64,000 nucleotides of DNA from Firmicutes bacterium HGW-Firmicutes-16. GTDB lineage: Bacteria > Bacillota > Clostridia > Oscillospirales > Oscillospiraceae. Positions 47,422 through 56,508 of the stretch are shown one piece after another (the first letter of the stretch is position 1; the number at the start of each line of letters is the position of its first letter). The notes below the pieces were generated by a model, which did not search any database, was not told the DNA's origin, and worked only from the letters and a program-made list of their open reading frames with translations. The translations under genes and the position numbers were made by a program. Location: NCBI GenBank assembly GCA_002841545.1, contig PGZZ01000010.1, forward strand, positions 1 through 64,000, written 5' to 3'.

Positions 47422-47463
47422 ATCGCGCCTCCGATTTAAGGCTAAGGGTGAAATCCCATTACC

Positions 47464-48642
47464 TTAAAAGTAGCTTACCTTGATTTTCTTTCCCATTTTC
47501 TTCAAACATTCCGCAAGCTGGTCTACAAGTCTCATTTTTATGCTGAAATTGATCGGCAGATTCGGATTTTGATGTGCCGGATTGACTGCCATACCCACGA
47601 AGAAGTTTATATCCGTGGCTTCCTCAAAAAGCAGCCGTGCAATAAGTGACGCTCCATCCTTTTTATAGCCCCAGACCTTATAAGACTCGTTGTCTTTCAG
47701 ATAATCCTGCGAGTAAGTGAGCACCTTGTTAATTGTAATTACGCCCTCGGTTACAAGGTCGATTCCTTCGCATTCCGCAGTCGGCGGAATGTCGTTGTCG
47801 AAGTATTCAAGCTTTGTTCGCAGCGGTTTATGCAAATATTCGGACGCGATGGTCGAGGTCGTACCGCCGCAGACGATGTGCTTTCCCTCCTTGGAGAAGA
47901 ATAGGGACATCATCCGACCGCATTCGCTCGGATCGGAGGGAGGACCTATCACGAGATTCATCGGCTCTCTTTTGCGAATTTTTACGGTGCAAACCGTGGT
48001 GTCGTCGCCCGGCCTACCGCCGTAAAGGCTGTTGCATTCGTCAAGAAGCATTGTCGTCAAAGTTTTTGCTGTGAAGCCGATGTGAACGAAAGTTTTTACA
48101 AAATCGATGATGTTCTCACGTTTCCAGCCCAGATTCAGCGTCACACCGATTCCGGCATGGGGAGCACCATCGCTCAAAGCAATGAAAATATCGTCCTCTT
48201 TAATGCGTATCTTTGATTTTAGTATCTTTTTACCCGCTATATCAATCGTTTCGGTCGGGTAGTCGATGTTTTCACCGCCACGAAGCAGGATGACTTTGGG
48301 ATTGTCATATTGAATCAGTTCCGCCTCGGTGCCGTTCACAATGTGGATAATCGTAAAGGTCGAGTAGGCGACGCCGCGCACTGAGCACACGGGCAAAGTC
48401 TGCGCAATGGTTTCGACACACTCTTCGATACTCATGCCCGCCGCCATCATCGTTGAGATAATCTTTGATGTCAAAGTTGAGAGAATGCTCGCCTTGACGC
48501 CGCTTCCAAGCCCGTCGGCAAGGACAATTACCATGGAATTCTCACCGTGCTCGACGACCTCAACATGGTCGCCGCACAGCTCTTCTCCGAATTTGTTGAG
48601 GCTGCTGCAGCCTATATCCGCGCAAAGATTATTCATCTCCAA
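47464..48642 (-). CDS. PP2C-type (SpoIIE/RsbU-like) serine phosphatase fused to a ~190-aa C-terminal domain of unknown function
   Basis: N-terminal PP2C-like core (VIVLADGLGSGVKASILS... DDIFIALSDGAPHAG). Start overlaps the hydS stop. Confidence 0.6.
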   Translation of the reverse strand: MEMNNLCADIGCSSLNKFGEELCGDHVEVVEHGENSMVIVLADGLGSGVKASILSTLTSKIISTMMAAGMSIEECVETIAQTLPVCSVRGVAYSTFTIIHIVNGTEAELIQYDNPKVILLRGGENIDYPTETIDIAGKKILKSKIRIKEDDIFIALSDGAPHAGIGVTLNLGWKRENIIDFVKTFVHIGFTAKTLTTMLLDECNSLYGGRPGDDTTVCTVKIRKREPMNLVIGPPSDPSECGRMMSLFFSKEGKHIVCGGTTSTIASEYLHKPLRTKLEYFDNDIPPTAECEGIDLVTEGVITINKVLTYSQDYLKDNESYKVWGYKKDGASLIARLLFEEATDINFFVGMAVNPAHQNPNLPINFSIKMRLVDQLAECLKKMGKKIKVSYF

Positions 48643-50308
48643 GCGACTCCTTCAATTTCGTGAGAGCGATCTTAGTCTCAGCGGTGGTTTCGCCCAGAAG
48701 CGAAGCGATTTCCTGAACCACGCGCATCTGCTTTTCAATGACCTTGTCGGTTATCTCTATGGTTTTAAGGCTGATTTCCTCTTTCTTCTGACGCTCGGTC
48801 TCTTCGTCGGTGACGTCGCGCAGTATGCACAGCAGCATGCGGTAAACCTTGTCCAGAACAATGGTCTGCTCAATGTATTTTTTGTACTCGGCAAGATATA
48901 ACCTGCTATTGCGCAGGGATCTGCCAGTTCGCAGTACTTCCGAAAAGGCGGCGGGCTCAAGTATGCATACGACGTTTGCTCCCACGATATCCGAAGCGCT
49001 TTTAATATTAAGTATGTTTAGCGCGGCGGGATTAATCTGCTGGACTTCAAGACTCTCACTCAGAACGATGATGCCGTTGGGGCTGTTCCGAAGGATATTT
49101 GACGAAAAGGTCTCGGCCTTGTCCTTCAAAAACGGGGTGCACATCGAGAGTTCTGCCTTGCCCTGAAATACCGCTATCGCTTTTTCACGGCAGGAGTTGT
49201 AACCGCAGCTTCCACAGTTGAGCTCGTCCTCGGGAGTGTTTTTGCCCATTTTGAGTAAAATCTCGCTGAGCTGAAGCTCGTTGGGATAGGTCTGGGGGTG
49301 AACAAGGGACTCAAACGTTCTTGATATGCTGTCTTTCGAGGGTGCGTTCACGGTGAAGTCACTCCAGCCCGCAAATTTGCTGACAGCAATATAGTCCTGC
49401 AAGGGTGCGTGACGGGTGCTGCTCATCGCCGGACCACCGATACAGCTGCCAACACAGGAGGACATTTCGACAAAGCATCTTGTGATATTGCCAACCGAAA
49501 TATCGCGCAAGGTGCTAATGCAGTTTTCTTGACCGTCAACTGAAAAATAGCTATATTCCTCCGAAACGCAGTCCATGGACTTCAAGATGCCGCCGGAAGT
49601 CGGGAAGATCCGCGTGCGTCCATTTTCACTTGAGTCGTCTGCCTGTGAGACAGGCTCGATGCCTTCCGACTTGAGCCAGTTTGCAAGCTCGTCGAAGGTC
49701 AGCGCGCAGTCGACATCGCAGGGAAATTCGTCCGCTTCATATTTCTTTGAAATACAGGGGCCAATGAAAACAGTTTTTGCCTCGGGGTATCTGCTTTTTA
49801 TATCGCGGCAGTGCGCCACCATCGGAGAGACGACCTTGGCAAGGCGGGAGATAAGCTCCGGAAAATGCTTCTGTATCATGAGATTGACGGAAGGACAGCA
49901 GGACGAGATGATAATCTCCTGCTCACCGCACTTTATGAGTTCTTCATATTGCTTTTTCACTATCACGGCACCGCGCGCGGTTTCTTCCGCGGCGCAAAAG
50001 CCAAGCTTTTTGAGCGCCTGTTCCATACCGCCAATGCCAATCCCGGGGAAAGCGGCGGCAAAGGACGGCGCAAGACTGACGATGACGGGTTCACTCCCGC
50101 GAAGCAGAGCCTTTGCCTTATCGATATCGTCCCTGACAACCTTTGCGTTTTGGGGGCAGACGATGAAGCACTGACCGCACAGAATGCATTCGTCGGCAAT
50201 AATGTGGGCCTGATTCTCGGAAAAACTTATGGACTTTGTCGGGCAGTGCCTAATGCACTTATAGCAGTTTTTGCAGTTGGCTTCTTTTAGACGTATATAA
50301 TCTGACAC
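48629..50308 (-). CDS. hydS: Sensory [FeFe]-hydrogenase HydS-like protein: Fe-S domain, H-cluster domain and C-terminal PAS domain
   Basis: H-cluster-like motifs ISSCCPSV, GPCISKKYE and EMSSCVGSCIGGP. Additional CxxCxxC clusters. C-terminal PAS-like region (NSPNGIIVLSESLEVQQINPAALNIL...). Start was set at GTG 50308, which has a GGAGG RBS 8 nt upstream. The longer track ORF would overlap the upstream ferredoxin gene. Confidence 0.75.
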   Translation of the reverse strand: MSDYIRLKEANCKNCYKCIRHCPTKSISFSENQAHIIADECILCGQCFIVCPQNAKVVRDDIDKAKALLRGSEPVIVSLAPSFAAAFPGIGIGGMEQALKKLGFCAAEETARGAVIVKKQYEELIKCGEQEIIISSCCPSVNLMIQKHFPELISRLAKVVSPMVAHCRDIKSRYPEAKTVFIGPCISKKYEADEFPCDVDCALTFDELANWLKSEGIEPVSQADDSSENGRTRIFPTSGGILKSMDCVSEEYSYFSVDGQENCISTLRDISVGNITRCFVEMSSCVGSCIGGPAMSSTRHAPLQDYIAVSKFAGWSDFTVNAPSKDSISRTFESLVHPQTYPNELQLSEILLKMGKNTPEDELNCGSCGYNSCREKAIAVFQGKAELSMCTPFLKDKAETFSSNILRNSPNGIIVLSESLEVQQINPAALNILNIKSASDIVGANVVCILEPAAFSEVLRTGRSLRNSRLYLAEYKKYIEQTIVLDKVYRMLLCILRDVTDEETERQKKEEISLKTIEITDKVIEKQMRVVQEIASLLGETTAETKIALTKLKESLGDE

Positions 50309-50345
50309 TGGATATTCCTCCGTTTCCGCACGTTTTGGAACAAGC

Positions 50346-50585
50346 TCAGAGCTTTGCAAGAACTTCCTTTTCAAAGAAGCTTCGAACGCCATCGGGGCTG
50401 AGTGAATGGATTGTTTCATCAATCTTGACACTGACCCCGCTCTGGCAGGCACCAAGACAGAAGGTTCCGATGAGCTCAACCTTGTCCCCAAGACGGTTTT
50501 CCTCTATTAGCGCCTGAAGCTGCTCCACGATCTGCCTTGAACCTTTAAGGTGGCAGGAGCTTCCTATGCAAACAGTTAGTTTCAT
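50346..50585 (-). CDS. Thioredoxin-like [2Fe-2S] ferredoxin
   Basis: 79 aa with four Cys in C..SC...........C...C spacing (CIGSSCHLKG...FCLGACQ), typical of Trx-like 2Fe-2S ferredoxins. Confidence 0.6.
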   Translation of the reverse strand: MKLTVCIGSSCHLKGSRQIVEQLQALIEENRLGDKVELIGTFCLGACQSGVSVKIDETIHSLSPDGVRSFFEKEVLAKL

Positions 50586-50604
50586 TTCAGTCTCCTTTTA
50601 CAAT

Positions 50605-51249
50605 TTAAATCTGCTGGAGCAGACTCTCTTTTTGTGACAGATTCTTTGATAGGACGGCAAGAGAAGCCGCTATGTTTTCGTTTTTAAGTATAACATCCTT
50701 CGGAACGATAAGGTGAATCGGGGCGAAATTCCAGATTGCCTTAATGCCGCTTGCTACAAGGCTGTCGCAGACCTTCTGCGCTTCAGATGCAGGAACGGTA
50801 ATTATTCCAAGCTCAATCTTCATGCGCTTGCACAGATTCTCCATTTTGCTCAAGGGAAGTATCTGCTTTCCGCTATCGTCCGCTCCGCATATTTCGGAAT
50901 CGCAGTCGAAGCCTGCGACGATGTTCAGCCCGTAGGCTCGAAAGCCCTGATATGAAAGAAGCGCCTTGCCGAGCTTTCCGGCCCCGACGAGAATGGCGTC
51001 GTTCACATTGTCATAGCCGAGGTAACCCTCAATGTCGCGAATAAGCTCTTTAGTGCAGTAGCCGACTTTCGGCTTTCCACCATCCGACACCGAGGATAGG
51101 TCTTTTCTGACCTGAATCTCGCCGAAGCCAAGTGCGTTCCCGAGAGCCTTTGCGGAGATGTTCTTTTCCTTTTCCGATGGCAGAGCCCTAAGATGTTGCA
51201 GATAGAGCGGAAGCCGCTGCAGAGTTTGCATTGAAATCGCTTTTGCCAT
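50605..51249 (-). CDS. rex: Redox-sensing transcriptional repressor Rex
   Basis: N-terminal winged-helix TLQRLPLYLQHLRAL plus a Rossmann NADH-binding domain (ILVGAGKLGKAL). Confidence 0.85.
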   Translation of the reverse strand: MAKAISMQTLQRLPLYLQHLRALPSEKEKNISAKALGNALGFGEIQVRKDLSSVSDGGKPKVGYCTKELIRDIEGYLGYDNVNDAILVGAGKLGKALLSYQGFRAYGLNIVAGFDCDSEICGADDSGKQILPLSKMENLCKRMKIELGIITVPASEAQKVCDSLVASGIKAIWNFAPIHLIVPKDVILKNENIAASLAVLSKNLSQKESLLQQI

Positions 51250-51283
51250 TAATATCCCTCCCGAACCCGAATCTGAGATTCCA

Positions 51284-51333
51284 ATTAGATAATGGTATAT
51301 CGATAATCTATTATCGATATACCATTATCTAAT
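51284..51333. repeat. Perfect 50-bp palindrome (24-nt arms, 2-nt centre) immediately upstream of the rex start
   Basis: AATTAGATAATGGTATATCGATAAT-CT-ATTATCGATATACCATTATCTAATT, ending 35 nt upstream of rex ATG 51249. Confidence 0.9.
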
Positions 51334-51379
51334 GCTCTTGTCAATGTCTTTTTTGGAAAATGTGCAATTAATAGCAAAA

Positions 51380-51413
51380 GGCCCCGCGATTCGGTAATCG
51401 CGGAGCCTTTTTT
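51380..51413 (+). terminator. Hairpin with T-tract (terminator-like) in the FNT-rex intergenic region
   Basis: Stem ggccccgcgat/atcgcggagcc followed by T6. Oriented for plus-strand termination although the flanking genes are on the minus strand, so it may act bidirectionally. Confidence 0.4.
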
Positions 51414-51522
51414 GTGTTTATTTACCGAAAGCGTTCAAGATCTTTGCAAGCGTGTTCAATTTGGTAATCTTCTGCGCTGATAGCCATCAATAAAGAGAGT
51501 ATTCCTACGCTTGTGTAAAGTT

Positions 51523-52152
51523 TTATAAGATTGTTGAAGTGACCTTCTCATTTTTATCCTTCGCCATTTCACAGAGCCAGCTCAGGAGCAGAGCGCCGAC
51601 CGTGTTGCCGAGGATTATTATGAGAAGGAGTAAAACATTCAGATTCCGCGCTAGATTGAAATAGAACATGTCCGCAATGCTGTGCTCAAAGCCTGATAGT
51701 ATGAATATCATCACAATGAAGATGACCCCCAGAGCCTTGCCGACGTAGCTTTCAATAGACCTGAACAGCTCGACACCCAAAAACATCAGCATCCCGCAGA
51801 AAATTGCCAGAATGAACATGCTTATGTAGCTGTCACCCAGCTTTACGGCGGTAACTGCCGCCACAGTTTCCATTATATTCAGGCGCGTAAACCTTATCAT
51901 AACGGAGACAAAAAGCGTACCGAGGAAGTTGCCGACCAGAGTTATGAGAAGGTCCCGTACATATTCCCGGTTGAGGTTCAGCACCAGATATCCAATCTTT
52001 CCGGTGAAGAGATTCAGCTTCATGTTCAAAATTGCGAACAGTCCGAATGAAAACAAAAAACTGCCGATGAGCTTGTTCTCGCACATAAGAAAAATTACGC
52101 ATCCGATACTGATGAGAATTCCGGCTAAAAAGCTCCTTATCAAAACCCGCAT
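51523..52152 (-). CDS. Formate/nitrite transporter (FNT) family channel, short variant
   Basis: 209 aa, six TM helices. FNT signature FEHSIADM and the LFTG motif. Confidence 0.55.
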   Translation of the reverse strand: MRVLIRSFLAGILISIGCVIFLMCENKLIGSFLFSFGLFAILNMKLNLFTGKIGYLVLNLNREYVRDLLITLVGNFLGTLFVSVMIRFTRLNIMETVAAVTAVKLGDSYISMFILAIFCGMLMFLGVELFRSIESYVGKALGVIFIVMIFILSGFEHSIADMFYFNLARNLNVLLLLIIILGNTVGALLLSWLCEMAKDKNEKVTSTIL

Positions 52153-52308
52153 GTTTCACCTCTGTTTTTTTCTAAGCAGAAATGGAAGCTCCGCTAGTAT
52201 AAGTATACAGAAGATTCGACGCTTTTTCAATAAGGCTGTTTAGCCGATTATTCTTGTAAATATATGCAATAATGGGTAAAAAGGCCGGAATTCGGTCCCA
52301 ATTACCGC

Positions 52309-53172
52309 TCAAGCTTTCTCTTTTGGCAGGCGGAAGCCAGTCGGTAAGGGCGCCTTGATGACAAGGGCGTCTCCGGTTTGGGGATGTGAAAGCTCAAGAA
52401 CACTGGCGTGCAGACCAAGCCTGCTAAGTGAGCTTGCGTGCCCGCCGTACTTTTTGTCGCCGACGATGGGGTGCCCGAGCTCCTTCATATGGACGCGAAT
52501 CTGGTTTTTGCGCCCTGTGTCTATCAGTACGCGCACATAGGAATAGCGTGCATTTTCCTTAATTACCTCGTAATTTGTGATTGCGAGCTTGCCCTCGCCG
52601 TAAGATGCCGAATAGACGAGATGGCTTTCCGTCTCGCGCAGCAGGCTTTCGCGCCGCCCTTTTTTTTCAGCGAAAACACCCTCGCAGATTGCGATGTACT
52701 CTCTTTTTGTTACGATTTCATCCCATGAGTTCTGCATTTTGTCGCGCAATTCGGCGTTCTTTGAAAACAGGAGAACGCCGGATGTGTCCCTGTCAATACG
52801 ATGCACAACATACAAGGGTTCGATGCCGCTATCCCGCAAAAGCCTTATCGCAGTGTTTTCCTTCTCAAGCTCGGTTGCAACGGACAAAAGTCCGGCAGGC
52901 TTGTTGACTGCCAGAAGATACTCGTCCTCATATATAATTGGAAGCGGAGACGAGTATGAGCTCACATCCGACTGAGTTATCTTAACCGTCTGACCACATT
53001 TGACGGGATAATCGAACTTGCTGGTTATGATGCCGTCCACAGAAATCATGCGGTGCTCCAGACAGGATTTTGCCTTGCCCGAGGGGAGCTTTGGCAGCTC
53101 CTTCCGGACGGTTTCCAGAAGTTTACCGTCCTCTTTAACCTCAAAAACGGTATCACCTTTTGTATTTTTCAA
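52309..53172 (-). CDS. RluA-family pseudouridine synthase with an N-terminal S4-like domain
   Basis: Catalytic motif HRIDRDTSGVLLFSKN. Confidence 0.8.
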   Translation of the reverse strand: MKNTKGDTVFEVKEDGKLLETVRKELPKLPSGKAKSCLEHRMISVDGIITSKFDYPVKCGQTVKITQSDVSSYSSPLPIIYEDEYLLAVNKPAGLLSVATELEKENTAIRLLRDSGIEPLYVVHRIDRDTSGVLLFSKNAELRDKMQNSWDEIVTKREYIAICEGVFAEKKGRRESLLRETESHLVYSASYGEGKLAITNYEVIKENARYSYVRVLIDTGRKNQIRVHMKELGHPIVGDKKYGGHASSLSRLGLHASVLELSHPQTGDALVIKAPLPTGFRLPKEKA

Positions 53173-53322
53173 TAGCCGCCCTCCTTTTCATTAAAGGTAG
53201 TATATGGTTTATTGTAGCATCATATTAGCCTGCGGGCAAGCCTTTGCTTCGCTTACCGCTTGCAATATTAGTCGAATTTTGTATAATGGAGCTTAGGGCA
53301 ACATGAACTGAAAGGGAAATCC

Positions 53323-53793
53323 ATGACAAAGACAAACGCAATGCGGCTTCTGGACGCGGCGGGCATTATTTACAAAACAACGGAATACGAATACGATGAA
53401 GCTGACCTTTCCGGAACCCATGCCGCACAGGCAATCGGTATGCCTGCCGAGCAGGTGTTCAAGACACTTGTGACGAGAGGGGACAAAAACGGAATAAACG
53501 TTTTCTGCATACCCGTGTGCTGCGAGCTGGATTTGCGTAAGGCGGCGGCTGTTTCGGGCAATAAGAAAATTGAGATGACCCATGTTAAAGAGCTTCTCGA
53601 TCTGACGGGATATATACGAGGCGGCTGTTCGCCGATAGGAATGAAGAAGCAATACCCTAGCTACATTGACGAAACAGTGGAGCTTTTCGACGAAATCGCG
53701 GTGAGCGCAGGGCTTCGCGGTCATCAGATAATAATTGCGCCAGACAATTTACTTTCATATCTAAAGGCAACAAAAGTCGACATCACGGCGTAA
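53323..53793 (+). CDS. ybaK: Cys-tRNA(Pro)/Cys-tRNA(Cys) deacylase YbaK-family
   Basis: 156 aa. YbaK/ProX deacylase-domain pattern (ITLVTRGDKNGINVFCIPV...GGCSPIG). Confidence 0.75.
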   Translation: MTKTNAMRLLDAAGIIYKTTEYEYDEADLSGTHAAQAIGMPAEQVFKTLVTRGDKNGINVFCIPVCCELDLRKAAAVSGNKKIEMTHVKELLDLTGYIRGGCSPIGMKKQYPSYIDETVELFDEIAVSAGLRGHQIIIAPDNLLSYLKATKVDITA

Positions 53794-53998
53794 GATAATT
53801 GGATGTACTCCAAGCAATATAACATTCGCATGCTTACGCTCCCGCTTCAGTAATGAAGCGGGAATATTCATTTTAGAGGAAAAATACGATTCTATACTTG
53901 ACAAATAAGAAGAAGAGGTCTATATTACATAACAGTGTTATTAAATAATACGGTGTTACTAATAATAACGGCTCACTAATCTCGAGGAGGTATGCCAG

Positions 53999-54586
53999 AT
54001 GGGGAGAGAAGACCAGAAAATGCGGAGTGACGGCGTGCGGCAGGCAATTCTGGATACCGCGCTGGAAATCGGACTTCAGGAGGGATTTGAGGCGATTTCC
54101 GTCAGAAAGATTATTAACAAGATGAAGTATTCAACAGGCGTCGTGTATCACTATTTTGCTGACAAACAGGAAATCATCGACGCGCTGGAGGAATCGGAAA
54201 CTGAAAAGTTTCGTGGAATCGTCAGTTCACTTCTGGATGAATCCAAAGACAGCGCCCATAACGTGACTACGGTATTTCACAGGATAATGCGACTCGCGCT
54301 GGAAGAACCTGAAAAGTACAACTTAATTGTTATGCACAAGTACGCGAGAAATAATCCAAGCCCTCCAATGTGGCTCTCGTTTATGGCAGAAAACCTCAAA
54401 AGAGATATGGAGACCGGTATAGTCAGGGAGCTTAACGCAGAAAAAGCCGCATTTTCAATCTGGAGCTCGTTTGTCGGCTTTAACCTAATGATTTCAAGGC
54501 TTCCCAACCTAAGCGAGGATGAGGCAGAGCATATGTTCAAAACTCAATCTGATATTATTTTGAAAGGAATTATAAATCATGAATGA
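53999..54586 (+). CDS. TetR/AcrR-family transcriptional regulator
   Basis: HTH EGFEAISVRKIINKMKYSTGVVYHYFADKQE. RBS GGAGG 8 nt upstream of ATG 53999. Overlaps the downstream flavodoxin-like gene. Confidence 0.7.
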   Translation: MGREDQKMRSDGVRQAILDTALEIGLQEGFEAISVRKIINKMKYSTGVVYHYFADKQEIIDALEESETEKFRGIVSSLLDESKDSAHNVTTVFHRIMRLALEEPEKYNLIVMHKYARNNPSPPMWLSFMAENLKRDMETGIVRELNAEKAAFSIWSSFVGFNLMISRLPNLSEDEAEHMFKTQSDIILKGIINHE

Positions 54587-55001
54587 AATTAACATTATTT
54601 ACGCAACAATGACCAAGCACTCAAAGAAAATCGCTGAGGCTGTCGGAACGGCGCTGAAGGTAAAAGCTCAGAACGTCAAGGAAAGCCCCGTATTGGGAGA
54701 AACAGGACTTTTGTTCATCGTCGGTGGTCTTTACGGAGGCGAAAGCATGCCGGAAATGCTGGAGTTTGTTAAAAGCATGGACGCTGCGAAGATAAAAAGT
54801 GCGGCGCTCATAACCTCAAGTGTTTCTAATAAAAAGGGGCAGGACAGCGTTCGCAAACTGCTCGAGGAAAAGGGCATCAAGGTTGTTAACGAAATACGCT
54901 GCTTTGGAAATTTCACCGTCGTAAAGCTCGGGCATCCCAACAAAACCGAAATAAGCCGTGCGGTCGATTTTGCAAAAGCGCTCGCGGATAAAGGAGTCTA
55001 A
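54579..55001 (+). CDS. Flavodoxin-like domain protein
   Basis: 140 aa. The N-terminus IYATMTKHSKKIAEAV is flavodoxin-like. Translationally coupled to the TetR gene. Confidence 0.5.
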   Translation: MNEINIIYATMTKHSKKIAEAVGTALKVKAQNVKESPVLGETGLLFIVGGLYGGESMPEMLEFVKSMDAAKIKSAALITSSVSNKKGQDSVRKLLEEKGIKVVNEIRCFGNFTVVKLGHPNKTEISRAVDFAKALADKGV

Positions 55002-55004
55002 TAC

Positions 55005-55403
55005 TTGAAGAAGGGTTTGAAAATCCTGCTCATTGTAATAGCGGTAATTGCTGCAATCGTCCTTGCCGCCTATCTGTTAATGAAAAACAGCGCCGATAAA
55101 GCTCTGTCAAACATAGTCTTTGAGAACGTAGATATGGCTCAGTCAGTGGATGGTACATATATCGGTGAAACAGACGCCGGAATGGTCTATGTAAAGGTCG
55201 CGGTGACAGTAGAGAATCATGCGGTCACGGACATCGATATCCTTGAGCACAAAAACGGCAGAGGCGCAAAGGCTGAAGCGATAACGGATACAATCATTGC
55301 TGACAACAGCTACGATGTTGATGACGTCAGCGGGGCGACACTCTCAAGCAAAGCAATAAAAAGCGCCGTGAGCAAGGCACTGAAGCAAAGCTGCGGCACA
55401 TAA
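55005..55403 (+). CDS. Membrane-anchored FMN-binding domain protein
   Basis: N-terminal TM helix plus the FMN_bind-like motif DDVSGATLSSKAIKSAV. TTG start 4 nt after the previous stop. Confidence 0.55.
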   Translation: MKKGLKILLIVIAVIAAIVLAAYLLMKNSADKALSNIVFENVDMAQSVDGTYIGETDAGMVYVKVAVTVENHAVTDIDILEHKNGRGAKAEAITDTIIADNSYDVDDVSGATLSSKAIKSAVSKALKQSCGT

Positions 55404-55414
55404 AAATGACAAAA

Positions 55415-55441
55415 GGGATCGCTCGGAGGCGGTCCCTTTTG
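55415..55441 (+). terminator. Intrinsic terminator
   Basis: Stem gggatcg/cggtccc (one G-U pair) followed by ttttgcttg. Confidence 0.5.
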
Positions 55442-55626
55442 CTTGGGAAAATGTTACGAGGAAATATGAATGTGTTCGATAAAAATAACATACGACATGA
55501 AACTTAATTATACTTAAAAAGTAGACCGAAACTTCCGTAGATAGGTGCAACCGGCAAACTTGCAAAAATAAGTATTTTGATATATTATGATAAAAAAAGG
55601 AAGCTCTCGATTTCTATCACGGAGGA

Positions 55627-56508
55627 ATGGATATGAAAGTTTTAAATAAAATTACAGGTAGTCTGCTGATAATTGCGATGCTTTTTTCGCTTCTCAGCGA
55701 TGCCTGTTTTGCGGTGACTAGCGACTATACAATCAAGGATGGTATGCTGAAAGCCTACACGGGTACCGAAAAAGACCTTACTATCCCTAATAATCTGGGT
55801 ATTACGAGAATTGAAATGTATGCGTTCACAAACTGCGAGACCTTGACCTCAGTGACGATACCCGCAAATATCGAATACATCGACTCGAGAGCATTTATGG
55901 GTTGCAGTAGGCTGACTAGCATTTCCGTTGTGTCTGGAAACGCTAATTATAAGAGTGTCAGTGGCGTGCTGTTTAATAAGGATATTACTCAGCTCGTAAC
56001 ATATCCTTTCGGCAAGATAGGAGACTATACGATACCCTCCGGCGTGACAGAGATACAGACGATGGCTTTCTTCGGTTGTCAAGGGCTGTCATCGGTTGCG
56101 ATACCGGAAGGTGTGAAGAAAATAGGAGATGCTGCCTTTGCAGGCTGCCCGTTGCTTACGGAGGTAACGATTCCTGCAAGTTTGGAGTATCTTGAGAACA
56201 CGACCTTCGGTCAGTGCAGAGCTTTGATAAAGATTGGAGTTGTGAAAGGAAACACGAACTACGCGAGTATGGACGGCGTGCTGTTCAACAAGGACATGAC
56301 GGAGCTGCTCTGCTTTCCAAGCGGGAGAGCTGGCAGCTACAAGGTGCCATCAAGCGTCAGGACGATTGGTAACTGCGCTTTTAACAACTGTACTTTGCTA
56401 TTTGGAGTGACGATTCCTCTGGGGATAACCAAAATTGAAGCTGATGCGTTTCTCATGCACCGCGCTGATGAGGGCAATCATTTCGTCGACTGTGATAAGT
56501 ATCAGTGA
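55627..56508 (+). CDS. Secreted leucine-rich-repeat (BspA-type LRR) protein, N-terminal part of a probably frameshifted gene
   Basis: Signal peptide. At least six repeats with the consensus AF.gC..LtsVtIP. The reading frame ends abnormally (LMHRADEGNHFVDCDKYQ*) while the LRR consensus continues in the +1 frame. Confidence 0.65.
   Translation: MDMKVLNKITGSLLIIAMLFSLLSDACFAVTSDYTIKDGMLKAYTGTEKDLTIPNNLGITRIEMYAFTNCETLTSVTIPANIEYIDSRAFMGCSRLTSISVVSGNANYKSVSGVLFNKDITQLVTYPFGKIGDYTIPSGVTEIQTMAFFGCQGLSSVAIPEGVKKIGDAAFAGCPLLTEVTIPASLEYLENTTFGQCRALIKIGVVKGNTNYASMDGVLFNKDMTELLCFPSGRAGSYKVPSSVRTIGNCAFNNCTLLFGVTIPLGITKIEADAFLMHRADEGNHFVDCDKYQ

Noticed and set aside
51250-51522. Searched for a Rex operator (TTGTGAA-N6-TTCACAA / TTGTTAA-N4-TTAACAA) upstream of rex and the hyd genes.
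   Set aside because: No match. Only the unrelated 50-bp palindrome is present.
53900-53998. Near-palindromic and direct repeats (GTGTTATTAAATAATAC; ACnGTGTTAcT) upstream of the TetR gene at 53999 as a possible operator.
   Set aside because: The repeats are imperfect and AT-rich, and could arise by chance in a promoter region. Noted only.
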